Positions 35,976 through 48,834 of a DNA stretch of 64,000 nucleotides are shown here, piece after piece. Location of the stretch: NCBI RefSeq assembly GCF_025526975.1, contig NW_026515686.1, forward strand, positions 310,001 to 374,000, read 5' to 3'. The position numbers and the translations under genes were made by a program. The notes under the pieces are model-generated. The model saw only the letters and a program-made list of their open reading frames with translations, did not search any database and was not told the origin of the DNA. The stretch comes from Fimicolochytrium jonesii. Lineage: Eukaryota. Position 1 is the first letter of the stretch; the number at the start of each line of letters is the position of its first letter.

Positions 35976-38900
35976 TCACAATGAGACCCCGATCTGCAAG
36001 CGAATGTCTTCGTAGGGCAATTCCTGGATTGGTATGAGGGCGCCTCGGGATGCCAAGGCGAGCACTACCAGATGGGGAGATGGCTAGAACCGAAAGGACC
36101 AGTGCAACGTGACGCAGGCCGCTTATGAGCACTTACCGTGATAAAAAGCCTGGGTAGCTGCTGCACGGCTCGTAGCGACCGGCGGTAGCATGTCCAGGAA
36201 CATGACTGGCGAGGGAGTCAATTCGTAGTTCGAGACGATGAGGGCCCATTGTGATCTTATCTCACCATTTCCGTCCTCCGCATTGAGTGTAAGATCCTTC
36301 ACATAACTAGAATGAAAGTGATAAATGAAATGCAGACGAGGTTTCCATCAGAAGAGAATCCCTGGCGATACTCACTCGAAGAACTGCAGCGCGTCCAAGT
36401 CGGCGCCAGCCATCTGCGAATCGTTCAGCTCTCCAAGGGAACCTAATGCGTCGTCGTTAGTTTAGAATCATGTCGACATGGGACGCGTGTTGCGTGTCGC
36501 TTACCTCCATCATCGAGCATGTCGGAGATATCTTTCAATGGTGACATATCTCCGAACATTCCTCCAAGGTAAGAGCCGGAGCTACGAAAACCGCGTCAGC
36601 TATACAGCGGATTGCATTAACTTGACCGGACAAGCTAATGGATACCGTTGTAAGCCGGAATAAGCGGGATCATCACCGATAGCGAATGATGCACGCTTCG
36701 ACAAGGGTGTTTGGCCACGCGAAAGGATTGATCCGGTTTGTTCTGAGTTGGCAAAGGTAAGTACGCCCACCGAGTCGGTATGGCCAGGAGATCTGCGACT
36801 CACCAGAGGCGACGGAACCAGCACGGGAGCTTCTTTGCCACGGCATAAGCTCACTCTTGCGTCTCTCGTTGCCGGCACGGAGCACTTCGGCGTCGTCTAC
36901 AGAGGCGTCCATCTGCGCAGATCGCGCTGTCAATTTGCATAAAAGACATATCATTCTATGTTGTTGAACGTACCACTGAGTTGGAAAGCACTCCGTCGTT
37001 GTAGTAATCTTCAAATTGACCAAATGCTGTATATGAAGGAAGTCTTCAGTACAGGCAAGCCTTACTGCCGGCTCTGCCATGCAACGCACCTGCGTCTCTG
37101 CTGGATGCTGTCTCGTGGTGGGCTGCATCCGCGTTATCAACGTCACCCTTGCGGCGTTTGGTCTGAGGCAGGTCCTCTGTGGTATGCACTGCGATCAACG
37201 GGTATCAATACGGGAACATCAAGACTACAGCATGTCCCTGGATGCCACTCTCACCTGCGGCCCTCTTCCTCACAATTACAGTCTTCTCCCAGAAACTAGT
37301 CAACGCGGGACCGACATCTGCATGGGACCGAATCCTAGGTACTATAGTCCCATACGCAAAGATCCAGTGGCAACAACGTACTGACCAAGAGATGGAATCC
37401 GAAGGAGAGTCTGCAGAAGCCCTTTGTCTTTCCTGATCTTGGCCTACTCCTGTATGAGATTATGGATGGCAGGGTTCCGTTGTCTCCATTACTCACCCTG
37501 ATACGAGCTTGGCGCTCAGCTTCCATCAGATCGGTGAGAGCATTGTTTCGCATGTCACGCAGATCTTCACTGGTCAACTCCGTCTAAACGTAAAAGCAGC
37601 GATGTAGTAACCAACCACATCAGGAGTACGCATAAGACTTACTCACATCCATGTCAATGAAGACGCGCTTCCTCTTCTGTCGCAACTTGCTATGGGCTTC
37701 GGTCTGGGCACCGCCTTCGCCATAGTTCTCGACAGGAGTCATAATGTCGGGAGCAACTTGGTCCGACATCGCAAGGGGTGCTTGAGCGGCCATGTGCATG
37801 GGCTCATGATCTGGCAGACCCATGTCCAGGTCGTCGAATGCAGGGAATGGCATATCGAGATTCTAGAATGAGTGTTTGCCGTTTTAGACGAGATCTGGGA
37901 AGCAATCACGCGGAAGCATCCACGCTGACCTCGATGTTCCCACGCGGTTTCTTCGCAGCGGCGTTGTGATCATCTCCAATATCCGCAAACAAGTCAAAGT
38001 CGCCAGCTCCACCATCCATCATCAAGTCCGGCCCGCCGCTTGCTAACATGAGAGGGTCCTCCTGCCCTTTGAATTCCAAGCGACGGTCCTGCGGGAAAGA
38101 AATCTCGGAAAGTCTGTGACTCTGGTCCAAGGTGATGGACTTCAGGGAACCAACGTGGGGTGAGCTGACACTGGATTGCTGCGCTCCGAACGAAATGGAC
38201 GCTAGCCCCGACGGGCTGCCGGTGAGGAAAGACGGAGCTAAAGAAGGTTGTCAACACACGAGCACTACGACGGAACTACGAATAAGTATCTGAAGAGACT
38301 CACATTCGGTCGAGTTGGGACCGGTTTGGAAGATCCAGCCCAGATCCATCCGTTTCTCATTCTGTCAAGAGCGGTAGATGAGCCCCTGAACGTTGATCCC
38401 TTGGACAGGGAATGTCGCATACCAGTAGACTTGGCTTAAGCACAAGCGGCTGTTCGCGTTGCAGCTCATCGGCCTCCGAAGTTTGGAGAGTGATTGCGTC
38501 GTATCTACAGCGAACGGAAACCTCAGCTAGCTTGTATCATACGTCGCAAAGCACTATCCGCCCACCTTGCTTCCGTGACAGGCATATCAAGGTCGCCGCT
38601 CATATTGTCCGCCCATGATCGCCTAAGTTTGAGGAACACCTGGTTCACCTCCGCTATTGAACGGTCCCATTAAGCGCGATGCATTAACCTAAACAGCAAC
38701 AGAACAGACTTGGACGACACCTACAGTACAAAAAGGCATACTGCTCGGAATACACCCTCGTCACTCCGACCATCATATTAGATCTGCAGGTGGCCACGGA
38801 CAGCTCAGTAAGGCACAACCAGGCCCCGATAAGCAATGAAGCTCCGTACGTACGTCAGCCGCAGGGCCAAAGGCTGCGGAGGAGAGCTCAGGAATTCACT

Positions 38901-39176
38901 GCGAGAAACCCCACCGGTTCAGTTCGGAGGTACCGTGACTGCTCAGCAACGCAGTATGATGTACCATGCTTTAATGAGATCAACCCCGTTCACCTCGCGT
39001 TTCGTGAGCTGCGAATGTCCGTAAACAGCGGTAAGCACTCGGTCAATGGGGAAAGAGGACTTGGACGTAGTGCTCACCTTCTTGAAAGAGTGCTTAGGCC
39101 CCAAAGTTGCAGCTAGCCAAACGATGCCGAGGCCTCCTTGACCTTTCGACAGGAAGATGTCCTGGGAGTAGAACAT
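35976..39176 (-). CDS. REC8: Rad21/Rec8-family kleisin, Rec8-like (meiotic cohesin subunit)
   Basis: N-terminus MFYSQDIFLSKGQGGLGIVWLAATLG...KKLTKREVNGVDLIKAC...PLALRLTSNMMVGVTRVYSEQY. C-terminus AATQAFYHVLALASRG..IPIQELPYEDI. More than 10 introns. Confidence 0.8.
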
Positions 39177-39549
39177 CGTGGACTTCTGCGGGGCTAGAAG
39201 ATACGCTCTCTGTTGGAAAGGAGCACGAGGTGTACATATATCTTTCAACTTTCTGAAGGCGGCTATGGATGGCAAAACGCAGGCTCAGCACCAAAATAGT
39301 ATTTGAGGCTACTGCCTCGGGATTCACACAAGCAAAGACGCGTCCGTTGTGCTGTAGGTGCTTACAGACCCAGTTACAGACCGGGGGTATCCCCCTGGGA
39401 TGGGTATCCCCGGCAGTTTACTGATCTCCAGGGGGCAGATTCACTCTGTATTGCGGTGCAGCCTGGAATGTACGTACACATCAACTACACCGAATCCCAC
39501 CACCACCAACACCAGCAACAACCCCAATCTACTGTATCAGCCATCTAAT

Positions 39550-40479
39550 CTACGCAGCATTATGGTGCACCCTAATAACATCATCCAACCCCTCCAAATG
39601 CTCCAATAACCCCCCAAACGCCTCCATTTCCTCCGGCGCCACGCTCACCTTCTCCTCCGCCACATACGCCGTCTCAAACTCCTTGATCTCATATCCCCTT
39701 GCCCCTAACGCCTTCGTCACGGCCCACAAGTCCTTCACCGCGCAATACACCTCCATCGTCCCATCCTCCTCATCAATGGTCGCGATGTCCTCGACGTTCG
39801 CGTCAATTGCCGAGTCTTCCATTTCGGATAATGAGTGCCCTGAGTTGCCGGCGGAGAAGATGACCCGCCCGCATTTACGAAACATGTACATCACCGGCGT
39901 GATGCTACACTCCCGCTTTGTGAAAGCGTGCCGCACCTCCGCAAACGTCCTGTTCTTGTTATCCGTCAACGCTTCCACCACACACGCCACCCCGCCAGGT
40001 CCCATTCCCTCATACACACTGGGCGTCAGATCCTCCTCGGAGCCCGTCCCGAACCCCGACGCCTTTTTGAGAGCGGTGTCGAGGGTGGCTTTGGGCATTT
40101 GGTGAGTTTTGGCGAGTTGGAGTGCGGCGGCAAGGTAGGGGTTGTGAGAGGGGTCGGTTTCGTTGTTGCCAGCTTTGACGGCGGAGATTATTTGGCGGGT
40201 GATTTTGGACATTTGTTTGGCTCGCTGGGCGTCGTTGGCGCCTTTTAGGCGTTTGATTTTGGACCACTTGTTATCTGCCGGTGGGGAAAAGGATGAGTTC
40301 CGGGCGATGTATCTGAGGAGGCAAGGGGTCGAGTACTTACGTCCGGCGAACCGCACTTGTGAATGGCATAATGGGTCGAAATTGGATAGTCTCAGTCTTT
40401 GTGCAGGTTGTGATGGAGTCAGTCGAGCTTGCTGCAGTAGACAACCCCTAAAGACTTTGCTGCAGGCTGGTGAGAACAT
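39550..40479 (-). CDS. TACO1: YebC/TACO1-family mitochondrial translational regulator
   Basis: Presequence. Removing intron 40275-40340 gives AGHNKWSKIK. Also YEGMGPGGVACVVEALTDNKNRT and LEGLDDVIRVHHN. Confidence 0.92.
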   Translation of the reverse strand: MFSPACSKVFRGCLLQQARLTPSQPAQRLRLSNFDPLCHSQVRFAGRKYSTPCLLRYIARNSSFSPPADNKWSKIKRLKGANDAQRAKQMSKITRQIISAVKAGNNETDPSHNPYLAAALQLAKTHQMPKATLDTALKKASGFGTGSEEDLTPSVYEGMGPGGVACVVEALTDNKNRTFAEVRHAFTKRECSITPVMYMFRKCGRVIFSAGNSGHSLSEMEDSAIDANVEDIATIDEEDGTMEVYCAVKDLWAVTKALGARGYEIKEFETAYVAEEKVSVAPEEMEAFGGLLEHLEGLDDVIRVHHNAA

Positions 40480-41032
40480 TATGGCTATGGATGTCCCTGG
40501 GGATTGCACCAGGATTCGGGGCCGTAAATTGTCAAACGTCGAATGTGTTCGTCTTCGTCCGTGTACAGTACCCGCCCGCGAGCCTCGTGTGCTTTGGCTG
40601 GATGACACGCCGTATCGATGCCGGGAACCCTTGAAGAAGCGCTGTATTGACTAAGCGTGGAGCGGTTGGGCTGTAAAGTAAGAATGCGAACGTTCGTAAT
40701 GGGTCGTAACTGGTAACTCCTACACTCCCTTCTCAACGACCCTGACCAAAGGGACATGGGCGTCTGAACCGAGGCAACGTGTCGACGGCGAAGGGGAGAC
40801 GTATGTAAGAGCCGTTCTCTGCTGGCGTTGGCAGTATACTGCAGATATTCCCCGCTCACTTCAGTCAACGACCGTTTTTGGTCAGGCTGTGGTCAACATC
40901 CTGCCCAACTGCAGGAATTTCTTTCTCCTACCAAGACCCATTCTTAAAAGACGCTTGCGTCTACCTTCCTTCCGTCCGCTGCTGTCCAGACGGCTGGCCT
41001 GGTCTTTCCCGCTGGATAGAGACGACAACACC

Positions 41033-43415
41033 ATGAATGTCCTAGTCTACACAGGCCCCGGAACCGCACGCGGGCCGGTCCAACATACCCTCACGACGCT
41101 CCGGTCGCTTCTGTCCTCCAGTTACGATGTCATACCCGTCGACTCCAACACCCTCCTGAAGGAACCATGGCAGCATACCGCAGCCTGTTTAGTCATCCCG
41201 GGCGGACGAGACTTACCCTATGTTGAGCACCTGGAGCCGCACGGCACGAAAATCGTCGAGGACTACGTCAAGAACGGGGGCTCGTACCTTGGGATATGCG
41301 CCGGCGCGTATTTCGCTTGCAAGGGGGTTGAGTTCGAGGTCGGCAGGCAGGGGTACGAGGTCGTTGGTGGGCGGGAGCTGAGATTCTGGCCTGGGATTGG
41401 GAAAGGGAGCGTTACGGAAAACTTCATTTATGATAGCGAGGAAGGTGCAAGGGCGGTCAAAGTGGTGAGGGACAACCAGTTTGCGGCGGGCGGTGTTGAA
41501 GGTGCCGCTGTGGATCTGTATGTGAACGGTGGACCGTACTTTGACCTCACGAACGTCACCCTGGGCGACTCGGCGCATGTGCTGGCTTGGTACAGCAATG
41601 ATGACGGGTCGGCCATCGCGGATCGACCAGCGATCGTGGAATGCGTGGTTGGGAAAGGGAAGGCGATATTATCGGGTCCTCATTTCGAGTATCAGCTTGT
41701 CGGCGGGCCGAAATCCGGAGAAGAACCGGAGGAAGTGCGACGACGCTTGCAAGCTGCTGAACCGCAAAGGGCGAGTCTCACCCGAGATCTTCTCGTACGA
41801 CTAGGGTTGAGGTTGAACGACCCGTCGTCGGACTTGAGCGCCGCTTCGGGCGATGCGACCCCCAAGCTATCGTTCATGTACCTTTGTGACAGCCGGCGGT
41901 CCGGAGATGCGAATGAGCAATGGCTTGCGAAAGTTCTTGGACCGAAATGCCAATCAGGGACGGTGGAAGACACTGCGAACAGGCTAACGTTCACACGAGC
42001 CGATGCATCGAAGGACGGGATGCCAGCTGTTCACCTAAACACGCTGAGCATCTCCGATGTGGAGGCAGATAAACCGTCAGTCAACATCGTTGTTTACCCT
42101 TCGGGCCAGTACCCTACGGAAGAAACCCCCAAGTTTGATTTTGCGCGGTACTTTTCGGTTCTCGAAGAATGTCAGGGCAGCCAGCGAGATCAGAACCCAG
42201 CGCCAGCGTTCGGATCAAGCCTGCTGTATGGAGAAATCGTCGGTTCGACACAGACACTTCTAGAAAAGTTCGTCGACACATTTTGATCATCTATGCTGGT
42301 ACCGAATGGAACTCATGTGCTGACTTCCGATGTCCTTCATCAGGAATCTCAAACTCGCATCAACCCTCCATAATGGGTTCGTATGCACCGCCACACACCA
42401 AGTGGCAGGACGAGGTATGGCTATTATACAAGATGGTCCCATTGACAGATCACTAAGACGTCGTCCCATTCAGGCCGCGGCAAGAACTCATGGATATCAC
42501 AAGCCGGATGCCTGATGTTCTCCTACGCTCTCGAACACCACGACATGAAGTCCGCCATCTTTGTCCAATACCTCGTCGGGTTGTCGCTTGTGGACGCTGT
42601 GCGGGCTAGACCTGGGTGTGAGGTTCGTGCACTATGCGGGCGTTTTCCGACCGTTCATGTTCATTGACTGTTGTCACATGAGGAAACAGAACCTACCTAT
42701 CCACCTGAAGTGGCCAAACGACATATACGCTCGTGTCGACGACGGACCAGACGGGTTACGGAAGATTGGCGGTATACTCGTGACGTCTAGCTACCAGGAC
42801 GGTGCTTTCAGGATGGTCATTGGTGCGGCTCGCCTCGCTTTCAATGATTGCTGGAAAACGTGGTCGGCCGACTCACAAACTTACACCTGAACAACAGGTT
42901 GCGGCGTCAACGTCTCAAACGCCCGTCCAACAACATCCCTCCAAGAACTTCAAAGGCTTCATTCCATGAAACTGGGCAGTTCCAAGGCCTCCCCGGATCT
43001 GGTAACAGTCGAGGAAGTCCTCGCGCGCTTCATGACACAGTTCGAGCGTGACTACAAGCTGTTCGCCGATACCGCCAAGAGTGGACGGGGGTTCGCATTT
43101 GAGCCGTTTCTGGAGCGGTATTATGCGGCTTGGCTGCATAGGTATGTCCATCTCGGAAATCACTTTGCGTCGTTTTTCTCTGTGCTGATGCTGACACTTG
43201 TATATTACACCACCAGCGACGCCGTCGTATCCCTGCAAGACCACGACAACACGCGCGCCAAGATCGTCGGGATCGACTCTGGCGGCTTGTTGCGCGCCGT
43301 CACCGTCGCTGATGACCACAGTGAGGCTGAGTCCACTTATGCGAGGGAGTATCTGTTGCAGCCGGATGGAAACAGCTTTGATATGATGAAGGGACTTATT
43401 ATGCGCAAGAAGTGA
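41033..43415 (+). CDS. BPL1: Biotin-protein ligase (holocarboxylase synthetase) with fungal BPL_N domain
   Basis: MNVLVYTGPG, PGGRDLPY, YLGICAGAY, STQTLLEKN, QVAGRGRGKNSWISQAGCLMFS, LKWPNDIY, KIGGILV, LQPDGNSFDMMKGLI. Confidence 0.95.
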
Positions 43416-43662
43416 GTGGAAGTGTAGATAATAGAAAATGGGAGGTTGGACCGAGTTCGGACTTGGAATCGGCGTATTGCGTTGGAGAAGTTCAGAAATT
43501 TGCTGTGTCCCTTGAACGGAACAAAAATCAAACGAGCGCAAAAATCAAAACTCATTTCGATAGGTGTATCACAGCGGTTAGCCTGATAGGTCGATGAACA
43601 GATGAACAGCGAGTATTATCTGGTAATATATATGTACATTAGTCGTCGGACCATCACTCGTC

Positions 43663-44591
43663 CTATGTCTTCCGCCGGGTAAGATGGTCATATATGACGA
43701 CCTGGATATGCTCATCCGTCACAATATGTGTTCTGGTTGTATTATCCCCTGGTTTCGGTTCCTAAACCCTCAAAGGAAATCAGTTCACCGCCAACTCATA
43801 CCACCAACGATATGCCTAAAACATCCCTACCTTCGGATCGACATTAATTATCTTCCGATCTCGCTTATTTTTGAACAGTATCCCGCTCTCATTGTCCGCA
43901 ATAACCTGGAAATTTGGGGTTGCGTTGCTGGTGCATGTCTGCGTCTCCCAGTTATAGAAGCTCATGTCTGTTGTGCGCGGCATCAAGGCCCGTGTGCGGA
44001 GGAAGTAGGGCTCGAAGTTTTCGGTTTTGAGACGGTGGGCGTAGTCGATGTAACCGCTGATTTCTTGGTTTTTGGCGTTGTAGGTGCGGATGAAGATTAT
44101 GGACTGCATCGGAAAGCAACGATAAGGTCTCGCCACATGATTAGGTCTTGACACATATATGATAGAGAGTCGTGCATCACTCACTCACCGTGAGCTTTCC
44201 GCTCCGATTTGATTCCTCTCTCTCAGCCAGTGCCTGCAAGAACGGGTATCCGGACAGGTCTTTCGCATACGATGCAAGCACCTTCGTGGCCAAGCGCTTG
44301 TTCAGACGGAAGTTCTCGGCGGCTCGTTTCTTGGCCTCGAATTCCTCTCGTTTCAGTGGCTCGCCTGAGCCCCGGTAACCGAGCTCGACTAGTTGTCTTG
44401 CTAGCTCTTTGTCCTGGATATGAGGGTCAGGTTTGTGATTGATGGTCATTCGAGGTTTAGACTTGACGAACCTCGAGAAAGTATAAGTCGGTACTGCTTA
44501 TTTGACTGTCCAGATATTCCTCGTATGTCGCATGGTCGGCGACGGCGCTGTCGCCTATGCCGCTCTGGATGTCTGCGAGCTCATCACTCAT
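43663..44591 (-). CDS. CFAP299: Cilia- and flagella-associated protein 299 (C4orf22-like)
   Basis: [34 protein letters not shown]...LAEREE.NR.GKLT.IIFIR..N...[14 protein letters not shown]...[14 protein letters not shown]...[11 protein letters not shown]. Confidence 0.92.
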
Positions 44592-45116
44592 GCTGCGCTC
44601 AGTTGTCCGGTCAGGTCGATCGAATTGAAGAATTGCAAAGAGAAACACCAACAAAACTAGGGCTCCGTCCCGTCAGGGATGGGCCGGGTTTGCCGCAGGC
44701 CACAAAACCCTCTAACTACGTAGAGATTCGCTGTCGAAATCGGGATTTGCTCAGTGCACTGTGACGCGCCTATAACCGTTTTCATTTCGCAACATCACAT
44801 TCTTATAATTTCTTACGTTGGTGAGCAGCTCCTTCCTGCCATCAAAATGCGCTTTGCATGTCAAGGAACTTGCCGATGGAAGACAATGTAACTGGGGGCA
44901 CGACCGGTGAAGGGCAGCGGTTGCTGGAAGGCTATTGACAAGATCTATCCCCAAGTCCCACAACTGCCCTTGGAACCGTATCTGAAGCACGCGTAGGTTC
45001 GATTCGTCGAGGCCCGCGTTGCCTTGTCTTTTTTTTTTGGGATTTTCCTCGCGTATGAGGATGGACCATTGTTTCAGGGTAGAGAGCGAACTCCCTCTCA
45101 AATCCGCCAAAGACCA

Positions 45117-46601
45117 ATGACCACCTACCGCCACAAACGAGTCCTCTCAGTCCAATCGCACGTCGTCTATGGCTACGTAGGTAAATCTAAAGCTTCCTCC
45201 CAAACTTTCAAGTCACCTTCGTCGACTTTCGGGCGATCTACGATGGCTAAACGCATTTTCCCACAGGCAACAAAGCAGCGACGTTTCCTCTGCAATGCCA
45301 CGGGTTCGACGTGGACCCAGTGAACGCTGTTCAGTTTTCGAACCATAGTGGTAAACAACGCATCGCGGGGAGGTGCAAGTGCCAGGACTCCATGAAAGCT
45401 CACTCTTTATGTGCACTTGGAAACGGCAGGCTACCCAACAAAAGGCGGCGAAAAGCTCACGCCAGCACAACTGGAGGCGCTATGCGATGGATTAGAAGCG
45501 AACGGCATGCTGGGGGAGTACACGCATGTCTTGACTGGTTCGTTTGATTTGACGGAGGACTGAGACGGAGTTTCCGATGCTTATGATGCATTCCTGGGAT
45601 GTGAATAGGGTATATTGGCAACGCGGAGACGTTGAAGAGCCTGGCTAAGCTTGTGAGGAAGATGCGGGCTGCTAACCCGGAGTTAGTTGTTGGTGAGTGA
45701 GGTGGGATCTCCGGTGACAATATTCCCATCTCATACCAGCGCTCACAATGCAAGTAACTTTGCATCAGTCGTGGACACGGTAATGGGCGACAACGGGAAG
45801 CTCTACGTTCCCGAGGACGTCATGCCAGGTTGTTCACAGACGTGCCAGCTTGTGTCGTAACATATATTTCCTAATCATGCTGTTCGTATGGCATCGCAGT
45901 CTATCGCGACGTGTTATGCCCCCTAGCCTCAGTCATTACACCCAACGGCTTTGAAGCAAGGTACATTGACCGCTGCCGTTAATGCTCTCTTCCATTGCAT
46001 CTACTAACTCGCCATTACCTCCACATCCCAAAGCCTCCTCACCGGACAATCCCTAACCACCCTCCCTCACATCCGCTCATCCCTCACTCAGCTGCACGCA
46101 AAGAGCATCCCGACGATAATCATCACATCCACAACCCTCACAGATTTTCTGCCCCCCGCCGCAATATCCGCCAATCCGGACGACTGGATCTACCTCATCG
46201 CCTCTCAACCAACCACCCAAACGTTCTTCATGATCCCTATGCGAAAGCGCCAGGCGCATTTCACGGGCACCGGCGACCTTTTCGGCGCGTTGTTACTCGC
46301 GAATATGGATGTGCCGGTGAAAGACACGATCACCGCATCACAGCACCTCAAAGACGCGTGTTTGCGTTCGGTGGCGGTTATGCAGGCTGTGTTGGATGAG
46401 ACGACGGAACGGCAATGTCAACGGGAGAAGGCGAGAAATGGGGATGTGAATGCGGCTGGCTGGAGCGGGGATGACGCACAACGCCGCGCGATGTTTTTGA
46501 GAGATCATGAATTGGCGATCGTGCAGTGTCGTGGACTTTTTACGGGGGAGAGAGTGGTTCAGACATATGAGTGGGGGGTATTGGATATTAGTTGGTCCTA
46601 G
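45117..46601 (+). CDS. PDXK: Pyridoxal kinase (PdxK/Bud16-like)
   Basis: [70 protein letters not shown]. Confidence 0.93.
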
Positions 46602-46777
46602 GTTCGTAGAAGTATTGTAGATCTCTACCCGAAAGAAAGGACTTTTTTTTCAACCGCTCCATTTAGTTCGATAGTAATCCATATACCAATCCATCTCATA
46701 CTTCGTTCAAATCATCCTATCCCTAAACTCTATCCCTAAACTATCCTACCACTACCACTACCACTACTAGAATAACC

Positions 46778-48834
46778 TCATCCCCTCCTTCCCCGCCTCC
46801 CCGCCAGCCTCGCCATAGACACCGTCCCCTTCAACGTCGGTTTTGCGAAAATCACATGCTGGTCTTCATCCCCCTGCCCGTGCCGCTGTCGGTGCAGCAG
46901 CCGGGTCGGAGGTAAGCCGTAGGATGTCGGTGATTCGAGGTGGTAGGGTAGGGCGTTGGTGATGTGCTGGAACATCTCGGTAGTTAGCCATTAGAGATCA
47001 GGCAGGATGGAAAGAGGGAGCGTGGGAAGGAGAAGAGACATATGGTGGGTACGCACCGTCCTCCCCAACCGGTCGTCCTCCTCCCGCCGTCTCCGCTTAT
47101 CCTCCTCCCTAATCTTGACAAGTCTATCCAGATCCGCATGATACCTAAAATCAAAATCACACCCCACGCGTCAACTTTCCTCAACCACTAAATACACCGC
47201 ACCAACCCAGTGCAACGTACGAGATAGCATCAGCAGGATCCACATGCCCCCTCTGCACAATCACATCACTCGTCTTATGTTTCGCGTTCATCATCTTTGC
47301 GGGGAGGTCGGCGCCCCAGCCCCACGGGTCTGGGTCCGTGCGCGGGGGAAATTGCGGTTGAGGTTGGTGAGGAAGGTGCAGGCGGTCAGATTCCCAGTGC
47401 CAGATGTCGGGGCCTTGCTGTTGTTGACGGAAACGTCTGTGAGTGGTCGTGAAAACATCTGCAGCGGAGGAGAGGGAACACAACCTCGTAGCCTTCATTT
47501 CCTCTGGGTCTGCGGCCGGTGATTTTGGGTTTGGGTGGCGCGGGTGTGTCTGTTGTGGAGGCTTGTTGGGGTGGAGCTTCTTGCTTTGGTGGAGAGATGA
47601 AACAGACGAGACGGAGGTGGTGGATCTGAGCCCGATAACCAGAGTGAGGGGCTAGTCTCGGATGCAACTAACCTTGATCTCCCGTGGAAGCTTCGTGGAG
47701 TTTTCAACACTCCTCGTCTGTTCCTCACGCTTCCCCGCAACATCCTCAAGGTGGCCACGCCTCTCCACTGTCCCGCCCGGCCGCCGTTGCGCATGGTTCA
47801 TATAGTCCCTTACAGAATTATATCTGTACTCGGGCGGAGGAATCGGGTCGATATCGCACTTGTGAAACCGGGTGTCGGGCTGGTAAGGAGTGGAGGTGTC
47901 ATTGTTGAAGCCGAGGGCGCTCGCGACTGTTGGGTGATGGTGAGTGCGGTGGGTGACTGTGCTGGGAATGTAATTGGTCTGTGGTGGATGTGTCTGAAAT
48001 GGAGAATGAATGTGCATAAGTGCTTCCCCACACAGGAAATGCCCTCGGTTCGCTCTCTTCGTAACATGAACTCGGAAACAAGAACCAAAGGGCCCTCAGA
48101 CGCTCGGTAAGAACGGGAACGATACCAGCATTACGCATTCGGCGCCATTCGGCTCACTCCCTTCGCACTGTCTGCGCTCGCGCGGCCGGCTTCGCCCCAA
48201 TTTGCGCTTGCTGTACTTCGGGCTCGCTCCCGCGAATTCCAATCCACACTAACCTGCTCCTGCCTCGAAATCGAAGCACCAGCCCCGTTATGCACAGTCT
48301 TCCTCACCTCACCACCTTTCCTCTCGCCGCCCCTTCCCTCCCTCCCACTCCTACCAAAAGGAAAGTACATCCCCCTTTCCTCCTCGACCCTCCTCTTCCT
48401 CTCCTCCTTCCTCCTCTCCTCCTTCTCCTTCATCTGCACCTTCGCCCAATGCGCCAGATCATCTTTCATCTGCTGCCGGCGCTCAATCACCTCCACGGGG
48501 TCGCTGTTGAGAGTGGTAGCGAATTCCGGCGGGCGGCGTGTATATGGAATTGTATTGTTTGGGCCGGACTGGTCGACGAGCGAAGCCCCGAAGTAGATGG
48601 TGTTGTTGGCGGTGTGGGGCGGAGGCGGCTGTTGTGCAGATGGGGCTGTGTGAAGGGAAGGATACAGTGAGTTATGATGAAGGTAAAAGTCATCTGTGTT
48701 AAGATTTTCTCACCTTGGGCGTTGGGTGCGCCACCTCGGATGGAGCCGTCAAAGTTCATACTGCTCAGTCCATCTGTGTGCCAGCGACCGTGACCGCCTG
48801 CCGGCCTTGCGTTCTCAGCTACGAAAAAGGACAT
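46778..48834 (-). CDS. Multi-exon hypothetical protein with coiled coil and YFPFGR..GAGA motif (possibly centrosomal/ciliary)
   Basis: ATG at 48834, GT-AG introns, a charged coiled coil (QMKEKEERRKEERKRRVEEE). Exon structure only partly resolved. Confidence 0.5.

Noticed and set aside
31597..46601. Cofactor gene cluster (PPTase, biotin ligase, pyridoxal kinase)
   Set aside because: Different pathways, separated by unrelated genes; consistent with chance in a gene-dense genome.
46715..46770. Telomere-like CCCTAAA and (CCACTA)n repeats
   Set aside because: Only 2-3 copies in a 3' UTR region between convergent genes; simple low-complexity sequence.
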